Positions 19,664 to 28,974 of a DNA stretch of 64,000 bases are shown here, piece by piece. Where the stretch lies: positions 32,001 through 96,000 of the IMG/VR virus record IMGVR_UViG_3300021387_001157; one strand, given 5' to 3'. The DNA comes from a virus (taxonomy: Duplodnaviria; Caudoviricetes). The position numbers and the translations under genes were made by a program. The notes under the pieces were generated by a model. That model did no database searches and was not told where the DNA came from. It worked only from the letters and a program-made list of their open reading frames with translations. The stretch's first letter is position 1. Every line of letters begins with the position of its first letter.

Positions 19664-20248
19664 TTACTTTATCTTTTCGGAAAGCTCTATGTATTTCTTG
19701 ATGACATCACGTCTCTCATACACACAGTTTGGAACCCATTTATTCAACTCATCGTCACCATTCAAAATCATCTGACGGACTTTGGTGGCGGAAATTCCCG
19801 AACACGTTGCACCACGTGCAAGAAGTTTCAGACTAACGAAATCCCTCATAATGAAAGTAGGGAACCAAGTCGTGATAATTTCAAATCCGTCCGAATAGTA
19901 GATGGTGAAATACGGTGTTTCGGCATCTTTGAGGATTTTCGTAAAAAGATAGAACCCCCAATCGTGGGAATTGTCACTTTCGTCTGTGAGGTCATCGAGT
20001 GGAACGATATGAACATCCGCCGGAATGACACCCGTAGCATACCTCTTTGCAAGTTCCTTCAAAGCCTCCTCTGCAAGTTGTTTCCTCAAATTAATGGGAA
20101 TGGGATTTCTCTGGTTGAATTTGTCTGCACTTCCGATGAAGATGAAAACCTGGTCGTTTTCATCACAAGCCTGCTCGATGAGTTCAAGGTGTCCGTTGTG
20201 GATTGGTTGTAGTCTAGCAAGCACGACCCCTGTTTTTATACTTTCCAT
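19664..20248 (-). CDS. Nicotinamide-nucleotide adenylyltransferase (NadM-like cytidylyltransferase family)
   Basis: RLQPIHNGH (HxGH), IGSA, RNP and ISATKVR motifs. Confidence 0.75.
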   Translation of the reverse strand: MESIKTGVVLARLQPIHNGHLELIEQACDENDQVFIFIGSADKFNQRNPIPINLRKQLAEEALKELAKRYATGVIPADVHIVPLDDLTDESDNSHDWGFYLFTKILKDAETPYFTIYYSDGFEIITTWFPTFIMRDFVSLKLLARGATCSGISATKVRQMILNGDDELNKWVPNCVYERRDVIKKYIELSEKIK

Positions 20249-20420
20249 TTTTTTCAAATTTTAATTTATACAGTTCGTTATATGCTTCCATTAGTTTGTA
20301 ATAAACGTCTCTCTCGTCTACCATGATACTGTTGCAGTACTTCGAACACCAGTACTGAATCCTGTCTTTCACCTCCTGTTCAGTCAATGGTCTCTCGTCA
20401 AGACCACCCACGTGGAACAC
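20214..20420 (-). CDS. Hypothetical protein (possibly frameshifted at its 5' end)
   Basis: GTG-start ORF downstream of a (GA)n tract. Confidence 0.4.
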   Translation of the reverse strand: MFHVGGLDERPLTEQEVKDRIQYWCSKYCNSIMVDERDVYYKLMEAYNELYKLKFEKNGKYKNRGRAC

Positions 20421-20474
20421 TTCGGTGTAATGCTTACTCTCTCTCTCCTTATTCTGAAAATGTTCCCTACCGCT

Positions 20475-21005
20475 TCAATCATTCTCACCCCCCTCTCCGA
20501 ACATTCCGTTCTTCTTATAGTACTCACGCTTCAATAAGCAAACAACATGTACGTTTGGCAACTGACACGGATTCTTCGGATTGGTGTCTTTCACCTTGTA
20601 CTCCTCCGGATACATGTCGAGTAGATACCTCACAACACCCTGGCTCCTCGATATTCCCGCCGAACAATGAACCATCACGTTCTTTCCCACATTCGACTCG
20701 AGAAACTCGAAAAGACGTTTGGCATCCTCGTCGCTCATCCCGTGCACGTCACTGTATTCCTCCATCTTCTCAGGAGTCCATTCCTCGTTTGGAAGGGCAT
20801 CCCACATCCGATAACCGGCGATGTCGTCGAAGTTCAGGTTTATCACCTGCTCACACTCCTTCAACACATGTGGTTCCTTACGACAAGGTTCGTACTCACC
20901 AATCGAGATGAAAACCCAGTCTTCCGGAAGATGCCCGTCAGACCACTCGTTGTTCAGCAACTCACGTCTGAACCCCTCCCAACTGTAGCACATAAGTTTA
21001 GCCAT
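20475..21005 (-). CDS. Cys-based protein tyrosine/dual-specificity phosphatase
   Basis: VHCSAGISRS (CX5R), FDD acid loop, PN motif. Confidence 0.85.
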   Translation of the reverse strand: MAKLMCYSWEGFRRELLNNEWSDGHLPEDWVFISIGEYEPCRKEPHVLKECEQVINLNFDDIAGYRMWDALPNEEWTPEKMEEYSDVHGMSDEDAKRLFEFLESNVGKNVMVHCSAGISRSQGVVRYLLDMYPEEYKVKDTNPKNPCQLPNVHVVCLLKREYYKKNGMFGEGGEND

Positions 21006-21171
21006 ATATATTATTCTTCTTTATTTTTCTCAGCCTCAATAAATTCGTTCAACACCGAATTTTCATATCCCTTTTCAATCTCGTTCCTAATCTCAGTCTC
21101 CTTCATTTCCGGACTCACGTAAATAAATTCTACCATAACTATATTATAAAGATACTATTTTTTATAAAAAA

Positions 21172-21690
21172 ATGAAAAACAAAAAAACCCCGTCCGAAAA
21201 CTGGATACGAGAATTTAATAAAGCAGCAGAATCGACAGCAGACTCATTGAATACAATCCTGTCCCAAATCGGATTGCACGTGGTAGAAGTCCCACACGAC
21301 TTCTCAAACACCGATTCTAAAAAATACGGAATATTCCTACGGCACGGAAAATCATTCAACGAAAACACCATAGAAATCTCACTCAACCCAACACTCGTTT
21401 TCGAAAAACTTTCTGAACTCGGAAAGACCTCTCTCCGTGATGCCAGACATCAGGCGTCTATCCTCACCGTCCACGAGACTGCCCACGGAATTATAGACCA
21501 TATAAGGAAACACTATATGGATTCTGGACTCACATACACGTCAATCGTATCTAAAATCAAGAATAACTCACAGGAAGAGGAAAGAACTGCAAGAGACTTC
21601 TCACTGAACTTCGTCGACCCCTCCTACAAGTCTCTCCTGAGACTTTCCCTTGCAGAACTCCTTGAACTCACGGTACGTGGTGAAACTTAA
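21172..21690 (+). CDS. HEXXH zincin-like protein
   Basis: TVHETAHGII plus downstream EE; the only plus-strand gene in the accessory region. Confidence 0.6.
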   Translation: MKNKKTPSENWIREFNKAAESTADSLNTILSQIGLHVVEVPHDFSNTDSKKYGIFLRHGKSFNENTIEISLNPTLVFEKLSELGKTSLRDARHQASILTVHETAHGIIDHIRKHYMDSGLTYTSIVSKIKNNSQEEERTARDFSLNFVDPSYKSLLRLSLAELLELTVRGET

Positions 21691-21975
21691 ATCCTCGAAC
21701 CCGTCTTCACCGAGATTCCCCCCGTGAAGCATCTCAACGTATTCGTCATCCCCTATCTCAACCCTCGACGACTCGAAACTCTTGTCAATGCCGGTCAGTG
21801 AATCAACACCGACCCTAATCCTACGATAGACACCGGAATAGTCGACAAACTCAACGAAAACATCTGGCATCTGAGTCACGTCCTGAACGAAACCCTCGAA
21901 TACATTCCCTTGGAAAGGAACTTCAACACGGTCCCCGACATTCACGTCATACTCTATGATAAACTTTGCCATCAC
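21601..21975 (-). CDS. Hypothetical protein (SH3/KOW-like N-terminus)
   Basis: VGDRVEV...EGFV pattern; 3' overlap with the convergent gene. Confidence 0.5.
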   Translation of the reverse strand: MMAKFIIEYDVNVGDRVEVPFQGNVFEGFVQDVTQMPDVFVEFVDYSGVYRRIRVGVDSLTGIDKSFESSRVEIGDDEYVEMLHGGNLGEDGFEDLSFTTYREFKEFCKGKSQERLVGGVDEVQ

Positions 21976-22084
21976 TCCTCCTTCTTTAAGATTTTCTCAA
22001 GAACCACAGAAACCACATAGAATGCCGACACCGTGGCAGCCGACACTCCGAACAGTTTTATTAAAAAATCCTTCATATTACTAT

Positions 22085-22369
22085 TTACTGTACTTTATGC
22101 TCTTCTACAAATTTCCACCCTATGTTCTCATAGATAATTCCCCCCATTAAGGGTGTACAATCAAACGGAACGACATCCTTGTATCCTTCAGACCTCATCC
22201 TATCAGCCTCCTTCTTCACCTCTTCCACATCATCGTACTGTCCGACAATCCACGGAAGACCTTCTAAGTTCACTTCACTCACATCAGCAAGACTACACGG
22301 AATACCGTCGAAATCGTGTCCATTACGGTCTCTATATGCTATACTATAACTTTTCTTAATTCTTTCCAT
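22085..22369 (-). CDS. Hypothetical protein
   Basis: 94-aa ORF. Confidence 0.6.
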   Translation of the reverse strand: MERIKKSYSIAYRDRNGHDFDGIPCSLADVSEVNLEGLPWIVGQYDDVEEVKKEADRMRSEGYKDVVPFDCTPLMGGIIYENIGWKFVEEHKVQ

Positions 22370-22383
22370 GTGTTATACTTCTT

Positions 22384-22755
22384 TTACTTATTATTCATCA
22401 TTCCATACCTCTCCCTTATGAAAGACTCGACCAATCCAACGACAAAACACTTCATATCTACCAACGAATAAATCCTATCCAAAGACTCCATCCTCTGTAT
22501 CCGGTACTTCTTCGTCCCGTCCCACCACTCGGCACGGAACACCAGAGAACTATCGTCTGGCATGAAACTATTCATTATGAAAAACTCCACAAACCTCATG
22601 CTCGGAAACTCCTCATACTTACACAGGATTGCCGGATAGTCAAGACTGTGGTTTTTCTCGAAAACCACCTCAACCATCCTAGTGGTCAAACCACTTATCC
22701 CAAGTCCGTCCAACTTCCCCTTTAAATCAACAAGTACAGTCAATCCTCTATCCAT
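22384..22755 (-). CDS. Hypothetical protein
   Basis: 123-aa ORF. Confidence 0.6.
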   Translation of the reverse strand: MDRGLTVLVDLKGKLDGLGISGLTTRMVEVVFEKNHSLDYPAILCKYEEFPSMRFVEFFIMNSFMPDDSSLVFRAEWWDGTKKYRIQRMESLDRIYSLVDMKCFVVGLVESFIRERYGMMNNK

Positions 22756-22780
22756 AATCTATACCAATTTATTTCTTCAA

Positions 22781-23050
22781 CTATATGGAATATTCAATCA
22801 ACGTGGTTACAAAGTCAAAGTCAAAGTCATACTCCTCTCTCTCGACAGCAACCATCTCTTCGAATGCCTTCTCTACAAAATCATAACGATAGGAAAAAAT
22901 CCTATAATATCTGTCCAACAGGAGATAATTGAAACCATATATGTCTATGTAAATCCACGCCCTCTCAACCCCAACGACACGAAACTCGTCACCTGTCTCC
23001 TTATACACTATCACATCACCTTTCGAAAATTTCAAATCGTCCTTATCCAT
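22781..23050 (-). CDS. Hypothetical protein
   Basis: 89-aa ORF with a KFSKGDVI start typical of small phage proteins. Confidence 0.6.
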   Translation of the reverse strand: MDKDDLKFSKGDVIVYKETGDEFRVVGVERAWIYIDIYGFNYLLLDRYYRIFSYRYDFVEKAFEEMVAVEREEYDFDFDFVTTLIEYSI

Positions 23051-23121
23051 TTCCCCTCCTTTTTATATCCAATATTTTTTCAAATTCTTCTTTATCTCCT
23101 ACGAAGTCTGACCCTCTCATC

Positions 23122-23544
23122 CTACATCTTCTCCTCCATAATCTTATCTTTCTTTCTCTTGAACCTTTCAAGCTCATAGGGCATCAAATACTCACACCCC
23201 TCCACCACATTTCTCCCAATCTCCAACACCCTCTGAATAGTATCCCTCCTTATGTACACAGATTCGGAATTGGACAACTTTTCAAGAAAAAAATATATTG
23301 TGCTCTTCTCAAACTTTCTACTGAAAGGATAATCACCCTCTTTCTCCTTTAATAGACTCAGAATATCCCTGAACAACTCATTACCACACGAACTATGCTC
23401 ATTCGGATAAAACCTTATAAAGTACTCATTATCTTTCCTCAAGTCAGAAAGCATACCGTCAATGACCGACAGACTACCCTTCCTTAAAGAATCACCAATC
23501 TCAAGGTCTTCACCGGTCAATTCATACTCATCTCTTATCTTCAT
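23122..23544 (-). CDS. Hypothetical protein
   Basis: 140-aa ORF. Confidence 0.6.
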   Translation of the reverse strand: MKIRDEYELTGEDLEIGDSLRKGSLSVIDGMLSDLRKDNEYFIRFYPNEHSSCGNELFRDILSLLKEKEGDYPFSRKFEKSTIYFFLEKLSNSESVYIRRDTIQRVLEIGRNVVEGCEYLMPYELERFKRKKDKIMEEKM

Positions 23545-23737
23545 ACCTACTCATTCTAATGTCGTCAACTATTATGACAACGACCAATACCAAAACCGGA
23601 GTGAACACCAAAGAAAGAACAAATACTATATATCGGTTAAAACCGGCCAAGTACTCTGCCATCTTACCTATTGAGTACGAAAGCCATACATAACCACATA
23701 TCACAAAAATGAAAACAACTAATGTTACAGTATCCAT
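23528..23737 (-). CDS. Small membrane protein
   Basis: Two TM segments. Confidence 0.55.
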   Translation of the reverse strand: MDTVTLVVFIFVICGYVWLSYSIGKMAEYLAGFNRYIVFVLSLVFTPVLVLVVVIIVDDIRMSRYEDKR

Positions 23738-23738
23738 A

Positions 23739-23939
23739 TTATTTCTGTTTTTTATCGTTCAACTTCCTTATAATACCCAATCTCTGCTTCATCAACTTCA
23801 TCCAACCTTCAGTGTGAATCCTACCTATCCTCTCAATATTCTCTATCTCCCTCAACCTACTCCATAATATTTCACGTAACTCATCCTCACACTCATCGTT
23901 TGTCATATACCTCCCAGTCTTCCAATCGTATCTCGCCAT
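23739..23939 (-). CDS. Hypothetical protein
   Basis: 66-aa ORF. Confidence 0.5.
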   Translation of the reverse strand: MARYDWKTGRYMTNDECEDELREILWSRLREIENIERIGRIHTEGWMKLMKQRLGIIRKLNDKKQK

Positions 23940-24337
23940 ATACTCTTTAATCTGAAAACTACATAATCAAACCACGTCTTGAACACAACCAACTTCACAC
24001 TCACCACGTCACCATCTTTTCCTATACAGTACTCACTCCCCTTCGGAATGATACATGTACGTAAATTTGTTACTTCCCCAAAAATCACATCTTCTTCCTT
24101 TAACATACTGTGAAACCCCTCGTGAATACCCCCTCTACAATCAATATACAAATGCTCTATGGGATTTCTCCCATCCATCGCCGTATTGACTTTGTTGTAA
24201 TCAAAAGGTGTAAAAAAATAAGGGGAACGCCAACACGTTTTTTCATCATCATATACCCTATCAAGCACACTTTTGTATACTTTGATGTCTTTCTTTGCTA
24301 TCTCTATCTTTCCGTTTTCGGGAACAAATAAACACAT
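23903..24337 (-). CDS. Hypothetical phage protein
   Basis: IAKKDIKVYK, GFHS and CIIPKGS motifs; promoter motif at 24360. Confidence 0.65.
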   Translation of the reverse strand: MCLFVPENGKIEIAKKDIKVYKSVLDRVYDDEKTCWRSPYFFTPFDYNKVNTAMDGRNPIEHLYIDCRGGIHEGFHSMLKEEDVIFGEVTNLRTCIIPKGSEYCIGKDGDVVSVKLVVFKTWFDYVVFRLKSIWRDTIGRLGGI

Positions 24338-24741
24338 ATCTTTAATCTTTTTTTTTTATAAAGATACTATTTTTTATTTGAATTCTTCAATTATTATACA
24401 AATAAAAAACATTAATCAATAAGAAAGCAACACATAAAAAACAATTTTACCATAATTATATAAGATATAAGTTATTTTACATATAAAATATAACAAAGTT
24501 CAGACAATTTTATAAGATTCATGAAGATAATCTATTTAAATTTTTGGACATCCACTTTTTTAGAACCTTGAATTTTTGAAACTTAAAATAAACATATTGA
24601 TTTTCAACAAGTTAAAAATTAATAAATGTAATTCGCTGAAAATGAAGCAAACTCGAAACTGAGCCTTTTAAGTAAAGTCCTCAATATGCCCAATATTCGA
24701 AAAAACACGATTTTCCCCAAAAAGGACCTTTTTGGATATAC

Positions 24742-24817
24742 CCAAAAATACCCCTTTTTTAGGGGGTCCAAAATACCCCTTTTTAGGGGGGTCCAAAATA
24801 CCCCTTTTTAGGGGGGT
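24742..24817. repeat. 3 x 25-bp tandem repeat ccaaaatacccctttttaggggggt
   Basis: Units at 24742, 24768 and 24793; each contains an internal inverted CCCCT...AGGGG. Confidence 0.95.
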
Positions 24818-25317
24818 CGAAAAAAGGGCCTATTTTGGGATTTCGAAAAATATGGTGTTTTTTTGAAATACCCATTTTTCTATATTTTGAGAAAATGCAC
24901 TTTTTGTCATTTTTTAGATTTATATGATTTTTATCATATTTACAAAATTCGTGTTTTTTTTTTGGTTTTTTCATTTTTTCTTATTTCTGAGTATTTTGTA
25001 AAAACGACATATTTTACAAAATACCTAGTTTTTGTAAAATATTGATTTTTTATATTTTATATAAAACCCCCATATTTCGAAAATCTACGTTGTTTCTTTC
25101 AATATATTAATAATGAATATTTGGTGTTTTGTGTATATATCTGATATATACAGATATTCATTACAAATGGATTTCCACAATTATACCATACTATCTCCCT
25201 ATAATCATCAGTGCCTCAATTGGATACCTTCGGATGTTCAGCTTGAGTGGTGTGGTGATGTCCATCTACATCCAGTTGGAACATCAACCGGTTGTACCAT
25301 GCTTCCTGGAAAGCTTC

Positions 25318-25417
25318 CTCCCAGGAACTGTCCATCTCCCAGGAACTGTCCATCTCCCAGGAACCATCCATCTCCCAGGAACCATCCATCTCCCAGGAAC
25401 TGTCCATCTCCCAGGAA
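25318..25417. repeat. 5.5 x 18-bp tandem repeat ctcccaggaac(tg/ca)tccat
   Basis: Units start at 25318, 25336, 25354, 25372, 25390 and 25408. Confidence 0.95.
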
Positions 25418-25524
25418 AGTTTTCTATCTGGACTTGAACATAGATGACCAACCATATCGGTGAACTTCACTACCAACCACGATAGTGATAGGTTTAAAAA
25501 GTGAAAGGTTATTCGAAAATGAAA

Positions 25525-25551
25525 TCGACTCATCTTAGTGGGATGAGTCGA
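25525..25551 (-). terminator. Hairpin/terminator downstream of coaD
   Basis: tcgactcatc-ttagtgg-gatgagtcga. Confidence 0.6.
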
Positions 25552-25571
25552 AAAAAGAAAGTTAAAGAAAA

Positions 25572-26072
25572 TTATTTTTTATAGAATTTTGAGATTGGTA
25601 TTTCAAGTGGTTGATGGACGAGACCTTTGATGTCCTTTTCATTCTGCACCATCGTCCGTATAAGAGACGAGGAGATTCCACTGAGTTGCGACGGAGTTGG
25701 GATGAATATGGTACGGATAGTTGGGTCTATGATTCTGTTTGATTCTGATAGGATAAGTTCATTTTCGAAATCCAATGTGTTTCGGATACCTCTGAACATA
25801 ATAGTAATTTCGTTCTGTTGACAAAAGTCGACAAGGAGGCCTTCGATATAAGTTACTTTTATATTTGGTGAGATATGTTTGACAGACTCTAAAATCCAAT
25901 TACTTCTTATGGCGACATCGAGTTGTGTCGGGGGTGTCTTCTCGGGATTGACGGCAATGACGATTAAAAGTTCATCGACAAGCTTTGAGGCGACGTTGGC
26001 TACATACTCATGACCGATGTGGAATGGATTGAATGAACCGGCGAAGATACCACGAGTCATACTATTGTTCAT
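25572..26072 (-). CDS. coaD: Phosphopantetheine adenylyltransferase
   Basis: FAGSFNPFHIGH, NPEK, FRGIR...DFENE, ISSSLIR. Confidence 0.85.
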   Translation of the reverse strand: MNNSMTRGIFAGSFNPFHIGHEYVANVASKLVDELLIVIAVNPEKTPPTQLDVAIRSNWILESVKHISPNIKVTYIEGLLVDFCQQNEITIMFRGIRNTLDFENELILSESNRIIDPTIRTIFIPTPSQLSGISSSLIRTMVQNEKDIKGLVHQPLEIPISKFYKK

Positions 26073-26301
26073 TTTTCCAAGTATCCTTACCGATGAGTTT
26101 TATGATGCTATATACACAATCATCATTATGGTTCTCATATACTCTGATATTTTTTTCTTGTTCAGAAAAATTTCCTACAGTATATATTATTTCCATATTT
26201 TGATTGATTGTTATTTCGTTTATTCTAGCGTAGAATATTTTGGAGTAGTAGTCGGATATGGACACAATGTCTCCAATGTTATATTTTGTATTGATTTCCA
26301 T
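26062..26301 (-). CDS. Hypothetical protein
   Basis: TKYNIGD start. Confidence 0.6.
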   Translation of the reverse strand: MEINTKYNIGDIVSISDYYSKIFYARINEITINQNMEIIYTVGNFSEQEKNIRVYENHNDDCVYSIIKLIGKDTWKNEQ

Positions 26302-26809
26302 TGTTTGTTTTTTTAATTATAAGTTCTTTGAAACCAAAATATTTCAGTATTTTTGCATCATCTTCGGTAATCTTTGTGATGTTCGCCCTTTTGAAGGATT
26401 GACATAGTTTTTCTACGTATCCGTCTGGGAAATTGGACAACACGAAGATGTTTCCATTTTTCTTTTCAATCATGTATGTATTTAAAGTGTCAGTATATTT
26501 CGGTTCATAATGTAGTGATTGTGTTTGAAAAATCTTCCTCACCTTGAAGATTATCACCATCAATTCGACCCAATCTATTGGTGAAAATATCAGAATATCA
26601 GATAATACGCTACCCATAATATTATAGTTAAGTAATGGAATATAAGTACTGATGTTTATAAAAGTGTCTTTGTAAGGAAATAAGAATCTTATAATTCCAG
26701 TTCTTTTGTCATTCACAGGTCTGTCTAGAAGTTGTCTTTTTGACAGATGTCCATACAGTAAGATGATTATGATTGGGATTATGTATATGATGAAAAACTT
26801 TACAACCAT
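26279..26809 (-). CDS. Membrane-associated hypothetical protein
   Basis: N-terminal TM segment. Confidence 0.55.
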   Translation of the reverse strand: MVVKFFIIYIIPIIIILLYGHLSKRQLLDRPVNDKRTGIIRFLFPYKDTFINISTYIPLLNYNIMGSVLSDILIFSPIDWVELMVIIFKVRKIFQTQSLHYEPKYTDTLNTYMIEKKNGNIFVLSNFPDGYVEKLCQSFKRANITKITEDDAKILKYFGFKELIIKKTNNGNQYKI

Positions 26810-27033
26810 AGTTTAGTTTAATTTTGATTAATCGAATTCATGATATGTGATGATAGTTATAGATAAGGTTTATAGTTTCTCAGAGTAGACCAATATACGA
26901 CTAGACTGGGGTATGTCTAGACAAGATGTGATTTGAGTCGTCTGAACATCCCATATCGAATTAGCGTCGATGCACATGACTACACCTATAATCATGATGA
27001 TTATTGAAATGACCATCATCACTATGTAAATTG

Positions 27034-27327
27034 TCATTTTATTTTAGTGTTTAAGAATTTCGAAACATATTCACTTATCGGTGTCCATTCACAGAACAAT
27101 TTTTTGAAAAACGAAAATATACCGAATATTATTATCACAATCAATGTTGAGATATTCACAACCGGTATATAGATTAAAATGTTTGCCTCTCTTTCTTCTT
27201 TACCGAATAGAGGGAACAGCAAGTCACCTATGGTTCTGATGTCTTTCCAATTTATAATAATTCCGATGGTAAGGCAGAGCAGCATTGGTGCGATGTAGAG
27301 CAGCAGTATGTAAAGTCCTATGTTCAT
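27034..27327 (-). CDS. Membrane protein
   Basis: Two TM segments; start MNIGLY. Confidence 0.6.
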   Translation of the reverse strand: MNIGLYILLLYIAPMLLCLTIGIIINWKDIRTIGDLLFPLFGKEEREANILIYIPVVNISTLIVIIIFGIFSFFKKLFCEWTPISEYVSKFLNTKIK

Positions 27328-27329
27328 AT

Positions 27330-27731
27330 TTAAATTTCTTTTTGGTTCTCTTGTTTTCTGTCCACGCCGAAGTAGTCGTCGTATGAGGGGTCTTCCCACC
27401 AGTCAATATTGTTCATCAGTCTCTTTACGGATTCTTCCATCTCTTTGTATGATGCAAATGCTTCCTTGCTTCGAAGACAGAAGCAGTAGGTAGGATGCAC
27501 GTCAGTCCCATCAACTAGTATCTCCCACTTACCGTCACTGTAATTACGGTCGACACACCGGTACAGTTTTCCTAGTCTTTCGAAACTATGGCACTTGAAG
27601 AAAACCATATAACGTCCTTTCAAATGACCACAGCACGATTCGTATGTTTGGACATCACCAAGAGAGTTCAACTTGGTGCAGAGTGAGATGCACTCTTTGT
27701 CCATATCTTTCGGAGGGTAAAACGTTACCAT
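27330..27731 (-). CDS. Hypothetical protein with a TxESCCGH motif
   Basis: 133-aa ORF. Confidence 0.65.
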   Translation of the reverse strand: MVTFYPPKDMDKECISLCTKLNSLGDVQTYESCCGHLKGRYMVFFKCHSFERLGKLYRCVDRNYSDGKWEILVDGTDVHPTYCFCLRSKEAFASYKEMEESVKRLMNNIDWWEDPSYDDYFGVDRKQENQKEI

Positions 27732-27732
27732 A

Positions 27733-28197
27733 TCAACTTCTGTATATTTCAGAGAATTTCACAGCTTCATCCAAATCAAGCTTGAGCTTACTTATATAGG
27801 AGTCATTGACGATTTCAAGCATCCAACAAGCACACTTGACCGGTTCATCATATGTCCAGTGACGGGCAGTGGCGTCACGGCAGTAGGTACAGGGATGTCC
27901 TGGTGAGCAGTGGTAGTCACCCTCCTCATTCTGATTACCACAGTCCATTGCATGGAGACGGTAGATTTGGTCAGTGGGGTGAATCTCCCACTTATCCACT
28001 TCATGTCCGTTTCTCACGAGGGCATTTGGTTGCAGTTTGTCGTACCACGAGAGACAACGGTTGTCATGTGGATTTCCTTCCTTGAAGGCATATTCGATAT
28101 AACGCCCCTTCTCATCTTCTCTCAGATATACGAATTTTTCGAGGTTATTGGTGGCGGTCGCCCAAGCTTTCAATAAGGTTATGTTTTCTTGTTTCAT
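27733..28197 (-). CDS. Cys/His-rich hypothetical protein
   Basis: CSPGHPCTYC and CAC. Confidence 0.65.
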   Translation of the reverse strand: MKQENITLLKAWATATNNLEKFVYLREDEKGRYIEYAFKEGNPHDNRCLSWYDKLQPNALVRNGHEVDKWEIHPTDQIYRLHAMDCGNQNEEGDYHCSPGHPCTYCRDATARHWTYDEPVKCACWMLEIVNDSYISKLKLDLDEAVKFSEIYRS

Positions 28198-28607
28198 TTA
28201 TACACGTACTCTAATTTACCATATTCATCCTTGAAATCCTTTTCCAAGGAAGTGCCACGTTTTTTGATGAAATTATATATATTCGACAATAGTTCCTCTC
28301 GGGTGTATTTTCGGCGGACATCATATGGAATAACTCCGTCAAGTGAATATTCTTGTTCGTAAGAGAGAAAGAGATTTTCATCTGGGAGGAAGTACAATGT
28401 TTTGGCGTGCCATTGCAGTCCATCGTCTGGATGTTTCACCAACCAATCAAGAGCATCCTCATAGGAATCGAAGATATGGGATTCTCTGTGTTTCCGTATA
28501 ATTTCTGCACGTTCCTTTTCACGGATTTCATCTGCAATTCGTTGCATTTTATTCCGTAGGTCTTCGATAGGTTTTATGTTTGGACACAAGTCAGATATGG
28601 TTGGCAT
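28194..28607 (-). CDS. Hypothetical protein
   Basis: 137-aa ORF, ATGA overlap. Confidence 0.65.
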   Translation of the reverse strand: MPTISDLCPNIKPIEDLRNKMQRIADEIREKERAEIIRKHRESHIFDSYEDALDWLVKHPDDGLQWHAKTLYFLPDENLFLSYEQEYSLDGVIPYDVRRKYTREELLSNIYNFIKKRGTSLEKDFKDEYGKLEYVYK

Positions 28608-28616
28608 TTTCGAAAA

Positions 28617-28961
28617 TTAGTCGTAGTTTGTATTAACTTTTTGAATGGAAAACTCCACTTTATCGTCAGTTGTTTCTCCGTCAATATATTTGATGGTAAT
28701 GATACGTCTCCCATCGATATCACGTCTGATGGTTCTCACCGAAATGGTCAGTTGTGTGAATTCTTCAATGGAATCCGATATAGCTTTCTTTATATTGTCG
28801 GACACTTCATCAGATATAAGTGATGCTCCAATATTTTTCAAGATTGCTGTATAGATGAAGTTGATAAGGATTCTCCTCATACTCTTGTATTTTTTCAGTT
28901 CACTCAATGAAATGACAACTGGTTTCGACAGAATTTCTTCTTCTTTTAGATTGATTTCCAT
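28617..28961 (-). CDS. Hypothetical protein
   Basis: 114-aa ORF. Confidence 0.6.
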   Translation of the reverse strand: MEINLKEEEILSKPVVISLSELKKYKSMRRILINFIYTAILKNIGASLISDEVSDNIKKAISDSIEEFTQLTISVRTIRRDIDGRRIITIKYIDGETTDDKVEFSIQKVNTNYD

Positions 28962-28974
28962 AGTATTTGTTTTT

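Larger units (their letters stand above)
24380..25570. other. Large non-coding region, candidate replication origin
   Basis: About 1.2 kb without a credible gene, AT-rich tracts, two tandem arrays, GC-skew inversion across it. Confidence 0.5.

Noticed and set aside
25318-25417. CRISPR array
   Set aside because: Contiguous 18-bp units with no unique spacers; no cas genes.
24783-25533. ORFs across the repeat region (24783-24974, 25113-25463, 25129-25437, 25216-25533)
   Set aside because: Open in several frames only because of the repeats; low-complexity products.
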